Below are positions 6,938 through 14,361 of a stretch of DNA of 20,000 bases, in pieces. Source of the stretch: Nitrospirota bacterium (GTDB lineage Bacteria; JACPQY01); NCBI GenBank assembly GCA_016180645.1, contig JACPAV010000002.1:349729-369728 (forward strand), in the 5' to 3' direction. The notes beneath the pieces are model-generated. The model did not search any database. It saw only the letters and a list, made by a program, of their open reading frames with translations, and was not told the origin of the DNA. Made by a program: the position numbers and the translations under genes. How positions within the stretch are numbered: position 1 is the stretch's first letter; the number at the start of each line of letters is the position of its first letter.

Positions 6938-7855
6938 GTGCGCATCGCCCTCTTCGGTCTGCCCAAGCGCGCTACACATTTCGTCCCGGTCCTCGTTCAG
7001 GAGAACTACAAGGTCGTCGCCCTGTTTCTTTCGGAGCCGCATGAGCCCTATTTTCCGCAGATCCAGGCCATTGCCGAGGCCTTCAAGATCCCCTGCATCT
7101 ACCCGGCGGACGCCGCCGATCCCACGCTGCCGGGACGCCTCCACCAACTCGAGATCGACCTCCTCATCTCGATCAATTTCACCAAGCGCCTCCCGAAAAG
7201 CATTCTGAGCGCGCCTCGCCGCGCGGCGATCAATCTCCACCCCTCCCTCCTGCCCAAGTACCGGGGACCGAATCCCTATTTCTGGGTTCTTCGAAACGGC
7301 GAGCCCCGCACCGGCGTGACCGCCCACTACATGGAGGAAACCCTGGACACCGGGCCGATCATTCTCCAGAAAGCGATGGAGATCGAAGCCCATGAGACGT
7401 TGGGCGGTCTGCTTGGAAAACTGGAGGCCCTGGGTGAACAGGTCCTGTTGGACACTCTCCGACTTTTCAAGAGCCGGGATGACGTGCCTTCTTCGCCGCA
7501 GGATCCGGCCGAGGCCACGCTTGCGCCGCAAATCAAGGAGGAGGATTTGGTCCTCAATTTCGCCAACCCGACCGCCGATATTCTCCGCCAGATCCGTGCC
7601 TGCAATCCGGCCTATGGAGCGTGGACTTCACTCGACGGTCGGGCCGTCAAGTTCTTCTCGGCGTCGATGGTGCAGGGGGCGATATCGCTCGCCGCTCCAG
7701 GCACTTGTTTTCTACACGAGGGACATTTCCTCATTGCCACGGGGGACGGCGCGATTCGTCCGGAGGTGATTCTCCTGGAGGACGGCGGATTCTACTCCGC
7801 CGATTCGCTCGCCCGACTCGGTCTCCTCATCCCCGGCTCCCGCTTCGGCGCGTAG
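6938..7855 (+). CDS. Formyltransferase, methionyl-tRNA formyltransferase-like (N10-formyl-THF dependent)
   Basis: AINLHPSLLPKYRGPNP, TGVTAHYM, LDTGPII and an Fmt-like C-terminal QIRACNP.YGAWT. GTG start lies 7 nt after the SDR stop. Confidence 0.85.
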   Translation: MRIALFGLPKRATHFVPVLVQENYKVVALFLSEPHEPYFPQIQAIAEAFKIPCIYPADAADPTLPGRLHQLEIDLLISINFTKRLPKSILSAPRRAAINLHPSLLPKYRGPNPYFWVLRNGEPRTGVTAHYMEETLDTGPIILQKAMEIEAHETLGGLLGKLEALGEQVLLDTLRLFKSRDDVPSSPQDPAEATLAPQIKEEDLVLNFANPTADILRQIRACNPAYGAWTSLDGRAVKFFSASMVQGAISLAAPGTCFLHEGHFLIATGDGAIRPEVILLEDGGFYSADSLARLGLLIPGSRFGA

Positions 7856-7863
7856 GTCGGGGT

Positions 7864-8781
7864 TCAATCGCAGATCTGGAAGCCTTCCGCGGGGTAGTGG
7901 TACATGAGCGTCACGCACATCTCCTCGGGGAACTGGAGGATGTGGTCGGTCGTGTTGTCGAATTCGCACACCATTCGAAACCGGTCACCCTTTTCCACAC
8001 GCAGCGGCGCATCGACCGGAAAATTCATGATCGGCGGATCTCGCTGGAGTTGCGCGCCCGCCCCAACCTGTTTGTAGATCAACCTCTCCTCCCCCTGCTG
8101 GGTGAGCCAGAGCTCAAAATTCACACCCCACTGGTGGGTGTGGCCGAGGACCGTGATGATGCTGGACGTTCGTTCGGCGCTGCACGTTGCTTCGGAGCGG
8201 TGGGTTTTTCCCGGCTGGATCTGGAAACTACTCTCGTTGATCGCCCACGGAGCCGCAGAGGATAGCGCCGGAGTGGGATCGACCGTGTGGAGGTTCACCG
8301 TGTCAGTCTGAAGGGCCGCATCGCTCCCCGGGTTGATGTAGTGCGATTGGAGCATGATCTGCGATCCCCGCGGGACCAGGATGGCCACGTCCTTCGGCAG
8401 ACGCGTCACGGCCGCCGGAACATCGCCTGAACCGCCGCCCGCCCCACCGACAAACATCAGCCAGGGAGCTGCCATGTCGAAATCTGCGCACACATGCGAA
8501 GTCGGATCGTACTTGATCGAGCTTCTATACACCGCCACGTGATGACCCGTTTTGCCACCGCTTTGACGCCCTTCGATGAGCGTGACGTACATGTCGTCCG
8601 TGGTCACCACATCCGTGTACGTGCAGACAAAGACTTCGGAATACGGCTCGATGCGCAGCTCGGGGGTATGCACTTGTATTCCGCGCGCCGGTTTCGCCAG
8701 TCCCTCCGAATCCTCCGAACAGGAAATCGACCCCATCATGACTAATGAGGTCACCAATAACGCAAGAAAAACACCTCTCAC
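7864..8781 (-). CDS. Copper type II ascorbate-dependent monooxygenase-like (PHM/DBH fold) lipoprotein
   Basis: RBS AAGGAGG; signal peptide ending GSISC. CuH-type ligands GHHVAVY and QSHYINP; CuM-type ligands GHTHQWG and EEMC. Confidence 0.8.
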   Translation of the reverse strand: MRGVFLALLVTSLVMMGSISCSEDSEGLAKPARGIQVHTPELRIEPYSEVFVCTYTDVVTTDDMYVTLIEGRQSGGKTGHHVAVYRSSIKYDPTSHVCADFDMAAPWLMFVGGAGGGSGDVPAAVTRLPKDVAILVPRGSQIMLQSHYINPGSDAALQTDTVNLHTVDPTPALSSAAPWAINESSFQIQPGKTHRSEATCSAERTSSIITVLGHTHQWGVNFELWLTQQGEERLIYKQVGAGAQLQRDPPIMNFPVDAPLRVEKGDRFRMVCEFDNTTDHILQFPEEMCVTLMYHYPAEGFQICD

Positions 8782-8799
8782 ACCACCCTCCTTCCGGTT

Positions 8800-8823
8800 G
8801 GGAATCAGCGAATCAGGGAATCA
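8800..8823. repeat. Octamer tandem repeat x3 overlapping the thiolase stop codon
   Basis: GGGAATCA GCGAATCA GGGAATCA. Confidence 0.6.
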
Positions 8824-10005
8824 GTTCTTCCGGTAGACCGCCACGAAGCACGCCCCGCCGAGGCCGATGTTGTGTTGGAGTGCGATCTTGGCGTTCGGCA
8901 CCTGTCGCGGACCGCAAAGTCCACGAAGCTGCTGGTTGAGTTCGAAACATTGGGCCAAGCCGGTGGCGCCCAGCGGATGCCCTTTGGAAAGCAGGCCTCC
9001 GGAGGGATTGACAACCCATTTGCCGCCGTAGGTGGTTTGATTCTCATCGAGCAGACGCCCGGCCTCCCCTTCTTTGCAGAGACCCAGCGCCTCATACGTG
9101 ATCAGCTCGTTGGCCGTGAAACAGTCGTGAAGTTCGATGACGTTTACGTCCTTCGGACCCAGTCCCGACTGCTCATAGGCGCTGTCCGCAGCCTTCTTCG
9201 CCATATCATAGCCAACGACTTTGATCATCGAGGGGGGATCGAAAGCGGTCTTCACATCCGTCTTGAGCGCGGCCGCGGCAATCCACACCGGATCGGACTT
9301 GCCCATTTTTTTCGCGAACTCTTCCGAGCAGACGACGGCCGCCGCCGAGCCGTCCGTAGTGGGGCAGCACTGAAGTTTCGTCAGGGGATCGAAAATCATG
9401 GGAGAGGCCATCACTTCCTCGAGCGAGACGGCCACGCGGAACTGCGACCGCTCATTGTGCACCGCATGCTTCTTGTTTTTCACGGCGATCTTGGCGATCT
9501 GTTCCTTGGTCGTGCCGTACTTCTTCATGTGCTCGCGTCCTGCCCCACCGAACAATTGGGCGGCGGGAGGTGCCATCTCGAATCCCTGCACGGAACTCAT
9601 CACTTCCACGTGCTTATCCATCGGATTCGTTCGATCGCTGTATTTGGGCGCGAGCGATCCCTTCTCCATCTTTTCAAATCCAAGCGCGAGCGCGCATTCC
9701 ACCGCTCCGCCCGCCACCGCCTGCGTGGCCAGGAAAAGCGCGGAGGAGCCCGTGGAGCAGTTGTTGTTGACGTTCACGACCGGGATACCCGTCAGACCGA
9801 GCTGGTACACCGCCCGTTGGCCGCAGGTGGATTCCCCATACACATATCCGACAAATGCCTGCTCGATCTTGTCATAGCTCACGCCGGCGTCTTTGAGGGC
9901 CATCTCCCCCGATTCCTTTGCCAATTCGGGATAGTCGTGTTCTCCCGGTTTGTGAAACTTGGTCATTCCGACGCCGATAATGCAGACTTTGCGGCCTTTA
10001 CCCAT
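8821..10005 (-). CDS. SCP2/SCP-x type thiolase (lipid-transfer protein family)
   Basis: [19 protein letters not shown] (catalytic Cys), [35 protein letters not shown] and [10 protein letters not shown]. Confidence 0.93.
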   Translation of the reverse strand: MGKGRKVCIIGVGMTKFHKPGEHDYPELAKESGEMALKDAGVSYDKIEQAFVGYVYGESTCGQRAVYQLGLTGIPVVNVNNNCSTGSSALFLATQAVAGGAVECALALGFEKMEKGSLAPKYSDRTNPMDKHVEVMSSVQGFEMAPPAAQLFGGAGREHMKKYGTTKEQIAKIAVKNKKHAVHNERSQFRVAVSLEEVMASPMIFDPLTKLQCCPTTDGSAAAVVCSEEFAKKMGKSDPVWIAAAALKTDVKTAFDPPSMIKVVGYDMAKKAADSAYEQSGLGPKDVNVIELHDCFTANELITYEALGLCKEGEAGRLLDENQTTYGGKWVVNPSGGLLSKGHPLGATGLAQCFELNQQLRGLCGPRQVPNAKIALQHNIGLGGACFVAVYRKN

Positions 10006-10127
10006 GGAAAACCCCTTTCGCTTTGAAAGATGTCAGTCGCGGCTGGTGCGAGTACGCGCTTTTCTCTTTAAGCACGCCGCGAAGTCTAGCTAACCGGATG
10101 GTTAATTGCAACATAGCCGGGTGGGAG

Positions 10128-10136
10128 TGGTAAAGT
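10128..10136 (+). promoter_or_regulatory. Putative extended -10 promoter for the GH2 operon
   Basis: TG-G-TAAAGT at 10128-10136, with TTGCAA at 10106-10111; 8 nt upstream of ATG 10145. Confidence 0.3.
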
Positions 10137-10144
10137 ACGCGCCC

Positions 10145-12343
10145 ATGGGGAGCCGCTTCACCCGATTGGCCGTCGCCCTTCTCATCTTCTCTTGCGACAG
10201 CCCAAAGCCTTGGGACGGAACCTTTCCCGAGCCTGTCGCCCGGCCTGAACACCCAAGGCCCGATTTCCGGCGCAACACCTTCATCAACCTGAACACGAAG
10301 TGGGATTTCGCGTACGACCCGGACGACCGCGGACTGCGCGAGGAATGGTTCAAACGCGAGGACGTTTGGACCCACAAGATTCAAGTGCCGTTCGCATGGG
10401 AGGCGCCCCTCTCGGGGCTCGTCCCGCCGCATGAAGGTCCGTACACGATTTTCGAGACACTCCAAGCCAAGACGTACCGAGGAGTGGGCTGGTACCGGCT
10501 CAAGCTTCCCGGCCGTTTACCGCAGACGAAGGGTCTCAACTGGCATCTGATCTTCGGCGCCGTCGATTTCAAGTCCACCGTCTGGATCAACGACAAGCAG
10601 GCAACCGAACACGAGGGCGGCTACGATCCGTTCTCGGTGAATCTGGCCGACTGGGCCGGTCCCAACGACGTTCCCGAAATCGTCCTTCGCGTCGAGGACT
10701 TCACCGAACTCAACGACTACGCCCAGCCCGTCGGCAAACAGGGCGGCGTCTGGTACACCCGCACGAGCGGCATCTGGCAGACGGTGTATCTGGAACAACG
10801 ACCGAAGTTCTATTTGGCCGGGCTGCGATTGAATACATACATGGGCGTGCAGGAGGTTGCCATCGAACCCCAATTCAGCGGCACGCCGCAGGGCGAATTC
10901 AAGCTGGATTCGACTGAAGAGCCGGGATCATTCAACCCCGGGGAGAGCACGGCATGTTGCTGGTGGGAAAACCCAAATCCCCACGTTCAAGAGATTGCAG
11001 TTCGGCTCACCGATGAACGTGGAACGCCCGACGTGGTCCACACATACTTCGGAAAACGGGACCTTCACATTCTGAGAACTCAAACAGAGACAAGGATGAA
11101 CGCGGCTTACTATCACGCGCCGATCGAATCCTCGGTGCTTGCGGTAAACCTCTACCCACGGTATCTCCGTTGCGTCCTCGACCAGTCCTACTACCCGGAT
11201 GGCATCTACACCGCGCCGAGCGTGGATCGAATCCGGGCCGATCTCGAACTCGCCAAGTCGTTCGGGTTCAACTGCATCCGGCTCCACATCAAGATGGATG
11301 AACCGATCAAATATCGAATTGCGGACGAACTGGGACTTTACGTCGTCTACGATATTCCCGCTCTCGATCTTCAAGCCGAGAACCTGCCGGGTTTCAAAGG
11401 CCGCGATTACTTCGAACACACGCTCCGCGCTGCCATCGAACGCGACGCCAACCATCCCAGCATCATCGCGTGGACCATCTTCAACGAAAACTGGGGGCTC
11501 CTCTCGAACGGCTCACTGACCAACCCCGTCCCGATGGGTGACAACCCGGAGATCCAGAAATGGGTGAAGGACATGGTCACCCTTGCGCGCTCCCTCGATC
11601 CCACGCGCCCCGTCGAAGACAACAGCGCGGGCGGAGTGACGCAACGTTTCGAACACATCGACACCGACCTCAATTCCTTCCACTACTATGGAAACGACAT
11701 GGCCAAGTTCAGAGAGTTTCTGCAAACCGAATCGGATGGGACCTACCCAGGCAGCCCCCGGAACTTCGTCGGCGGCGCCGTCCAGGATGGCGATCCCTGG
11801 TGGAACTCCGAATTCGCCAGTTTCAGCGCGCTGGGCGGAACCGAAGGGCCCGGGATCTATTGCGATCTTTTCGGCCTCCTCAATGAGATGCGACGCTTCC
11901 CCAAGCTCGTCGGTTACGTGCTCACGCAACTTACGGACGTGGAGTACGAACGAAACGGTCTCGTAAATTATGACCGCTCACCCAAACCGGATCTCTGCGC
12001 GAGATTCGGCGTCAGCCTGAAGGATGTCCTTGGCGAAGATTTCATCGCCTTCGACTGGCTGCCGAATCATGAGCTCGGGGCCGGCGCAACCATCCATGTC
12101 CCGCTTCGCTACTCCCACTGGTCCGGCTCCACCATCGAGCCGAGGAAGGTCCGTTTGAGTTGGGAGAACGCCGCTCCAGTGGAATGGACGCTGGCCTCCT
12201 ATGCGCCGTACGATGCCACCACCGTCGAGAGCCCCGATTTCATCACGCCCGCCGACCCCGGCGATCACACTCTGATCGCGGAGGTTTTCGACGCTCAAGG
12301 CAAGCGCACCTGCGCCAACCGGTTGACGGTCACGATCAGGTGA
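10145..12343 (+). CDS. Glycoside hydrolase family 2 lipoprotein
   Basis: Signal MGSRFTRLAVALLIFSC; EHPRPDF, LIFGAVD, HEGGYDPF, YTRTSGIWQTVYLE, LDQSYYPDG, GFNCIRLHIK, NHPSIIAWTIFNENWG (acid/base Glu), NSEF (candidate nucleophile) and TQLTDVEYERNG. Confidence 0.9.
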   Translation: MGSRFTRLAVALLIFSCDSPKPWDGTFPEPVARPEHPRPDFRRNTFINLNTKWDFAYDPDDRGLREEWFKREDVWTHKIQVPFAWEAPLSGLVPPHEGPYTIFETLQAKTYRGVGWYRLKLPGRLPQTKGLNWHLIFGAVDFKSTVWINDKQATEHEGGYDPFSVNLADWAGPNDVPEIVLRVEDFTELNDYAQPVGKQGGVWYTRTSGIWQTVYLEQRPKFYLAGLRLNTYMGVQEVAIEPQFSGTPQGEFKLDSTEEPGSFNPGESTACCWWENPNPHVQEIAVRLTDERGTPDVVHTYFGKRDLHILRTQTETRMNAAYYHAPIESSVLAVNLYPRYLRCVLDQSYYPDGIYTAPSVDRIRADLELAKSFGFNCIRLHIKMDEPIKYRIADELGLYVVYDIPALDLQAENLPGFKGRDYFEHTLRAAIERDANHPSIIAWTIFNENWGLLSNGSLTNPVPMGDNPEIQKWVKDMVTLARSLDPTRPVEDNSAGGVTQRFEHIDTDLNSFHYYGNDMAKFREFLQTESDGTYPGSPRNFVGGAVQDGDPWWNSEFASFSALGGTEGPGIYCDLFGLLNEMRRFPKLVGYVLTQLTDVEYERNGLVNYDRSPKPDLCARFGVSLKDVLGEDFIAFDWLPNHELGAGATIHVPLRYSHWSGSTIEPRKVRLSWENAAPVEWTLASYAPYDATTVESPDFITPADPGDHTLIAEVFDAQGKRTCANRLTVTIR

Positions 12344-12366
12344 GTCCTCCGACCGGAAGGAGTAAC

Positions 12367-14358
12367 ATGCCCGCCATGGCACGAGTCCGGCGATACCTCC
12401 CGTGGCTGATCGGACTCTTCTGGCTCGCCTTCTACCTCACTTACCCTTACCGGGAACTGGTGGACGACTCCCAGCATAGGGGGATCCTGGAAAACCGCTA
12501 CTTCGCTATTTTCGATGAACTGAAGTACTCCCGGCCCCTTCACGCGCTCCTCCTGCACGCCCAGGGCCATTTCTTGAGCAAAGCGATGGACAAGGCAATG
12601 CTCGTTTCGATGATTCTCCACCTGCTGATCGCCTTGATCGCGTGGCGTGTTGTTATTCCACGAATGCCCGAACGAATGCACTCCTGGGCAAGATTCGGCC
12701 TCACGGCTTTCATGCTTCATCCCATCGCGCTGCAAACCACCGTCCATGTTTCACAGCGCGTCGAACTGCTGGGCACGTTCTTCGTGGCTCTTTCCCTGGC
12801 CGTCTTCTTTCGCGCTCGGTCACGGACAACTCCCCTTCCATCCTCGGCTCCTCCTACTCACCACTCACCACTCACCACTCACCACTTCTTCTGGCTCACC
12901 CTCTGCGCCCTCGGCGCCCTGGCCTCGAAGGAAAATTACGTACTCATCCCCTTCGCACTGACGCTGGCGCTCGCCATCCGGGCAAAATCCAACGCGGGAG
13001 CGATCGCCGCAGGCGTCATGGTCGCCTTCATAGTCCTCGGCTCCTATTTGAACACCTTTTCGCATGAGGAAATCCGGAGTGAAGACAATTACAGCCGCAG
13101 CCGGGCCTTCAGGCAGGCGGTCCTCGATGGTCGCGAGGTCACGAACGAGGAGTCCATCTTCCTCCCGCTGCGATCACCGGTGGAAAACCTGAAACTCCAG
13201 GTAGCATTGGTACCTCTCATCCTGAGAATCGTGTTCGTGCCCTTCGGACTCACCAAGGACTACGGCCACTTCCCCTACGGCCGCCAGACCTATTCCCCCG
13301 ACCTCCCATGGCTTTGGATCGGGCTCGCGATCCTGATCGGCATCACCGCGCTCATTTTTGTGAAACGCAAAGCGGCGACCTTCGAACAATGGGTCCTCAT
13401 CCTGTCGCCCGCCGTTCTCTACAGCGCGTACGTCGTCTTCGTGGTCTACGATCCGCTCTTCCTCTACCGGCTCTATGGAGTCTCTTTTCTCACCTTCGTG
13501 GTGGCCCTCCCCACACTGGCCGGCATCCTTGTGGACGTGAAGAAGATCGGCCTGGAACGCGCCGAAAAGATTGCCGCGGGCCTGGCAGGAATCTGTGTCC
13601 TGGGCGGGGTTGTTCGTTTTTATGAGATGAAAAACCCGATCGCGGAGACCGCCATCGACCTGAGACGTCGGCCGGACAATTTCCGGCTGTACGTTTCCCA
13701 TATGCGCAAACTCGTGGAATCGGGAAAACGTCCCGTCGATTGCGGAGCCGAACTGGCCCCCGCGCTGAAGTATGCCCCGAGCAGTTCGCACGTCTATGTC
13801 CAGTGGGCGTGGTGCCTGAAACAACAGGGCAAGATTGAGGAAGCGCAGACCTATGCCATGAAGTCGCTCGAGCAGCAGACCGGATTCATCGAAGCCCAAA
13901 CCGCGCTCGGATATCTCTCCGAACCTCCCTTCCCCAAGATCGACATCGATCGGGTCCACCCCATGAACAAGGCATATCTGGCGCCGACTCCGATTCAAGA
14001 TGCGGCCGGAGCGCCCCGTCCGCAGAGTCCACCGCCCGGGGATGGACGAAGCACGTTCTGGTCCCCCAGTCCTCCTACCGGTCAGGGAGTCACTTCGGGC
14101 GCAGCGCGCCCGCTCGATGAACAATCAAAGATGTTCATCGACCTCTACGAACAGGGTCTCACGCGGGATCCAGGCAACATGAAGATTCGGGAAAAGTACG
14201 CGGAGTTCCTGGCCGGTCGCGGCGATTGGAGCAAGGCGCTGGAGCACTACAGAATTCTTCTCGACAAGGACCCCACGAATGCCGACCTGAAGAAAAGAGT
14301 GCAGGAAGCGGAACTTCGGGCCGGATCGCCCGCTTCCGGAACCGCGCCGTCCAAGTAA
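12367..14358 (+). CDS. Divergent TMTC-like GT-C membrane protein, paralog A, with helical/TPR-like C-terminus and Pro-rich linker
   Basis: RBS AAGGAG at 12357-12362 before ATG 12367. TM1 is followed by LVDD, then SRPL, LHPIALQTTVHVSQR, LASKE, KDYG and LYRLY, in the same order as the TMTC motifs of 551-2782. Terminal TPR-like YAEFLAGRGDWSKALEHY..LLDKDP. Confidence 0.72.
   Translation: MPAMARVRRYLPWLIGLFWLAFYLTYPYRELVDDSQHRGILENRYFAIFDELKYSRPLHALLLHAQGHFLSKAMDKAMLVSMILHLLIALIAWRVVIPRMPERMHSWARFGLTAFMLHPIALQTTVHVSQRVELLGTFFVALSLAVFFRARSRTTPLPSSAPPTHHSPLTTHHFFWLTLCALGALASKENYVLIPFALTLALAIRAKSNAGAIAAGVMVAFIVLGSYLNTFSHEEIRSEDNYSRSRAFRQAVLDGREVTNEESIFLPLRSPVENLKLQVALVPLILRIVFVPFGLTKDYGHFPYGRQTYSPDLPWLWIGLAILIGITALIFVKRKAATFEQWVLILSPAVLYSAYVVFVVYDPLFLYRLYGVSFLTFVVALPTLAGILVDVKKIGLERAEKIAAGLAGICVLGGVVRFYEMKNPIAETAIDLRRRPDNFRLYVSHMRKLVESGKRPVDCGAELAPALKYAPSSSHVYVQWAWCLKQQGKIEEAQTYAMKSLEQQTGFIEAQTALGYLSEPPFPKIDIDRVHPMNKAYLAPTPIQDAAGAPRPQSPPPGDGRSTFWSPSPPTGQGVTSGAARPLDEQSKMFIDLYEQGLTRDPGNMKIREKYAEFLAGRGDWSKALEHYRILLDKDPTNADLKKRVQEAELRAGSPASGTAPSK
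12854..12886 (+). repeat. In-frame heptamer tandem repeat (CCACTCA)n in paralog A
   Basis: CTACTCA CCACTCA CCACTCA CCACTCA CCACT, encoding THHSPLTTHH. Confidence 0.85.
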
Positions 14359-14361
14359 CGC

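Noticed and set aside
6070-6966. 298-aa - strand ORF
   Set aside because: Antisense to the SDR; long antisense frames are common opposite such genes and it has no recognisable motifs.
8872-10026. 384-aa + strand ORF
   Set aside because: Antisense shadow of the well-supported thiolase, with no motifs; expected from GC-rich codon bias.
12160-12366. N-terminal extension of paralog A given by the ORF track
   Set aside because: Overlaps the GH2 3' end; ATG 12367 has a strong RBS and aligns with paralog B.
13174-14124. 316-aa - strand ORF, plus 14226-15164 and 15348-16049 alternate-frame ORFs
   Set aside because: All overlap the GT-C paralogs, whose frames are validated by mutual homology; the translations show no motifs and the alternate-frame ones are Arg/Pro-rich.
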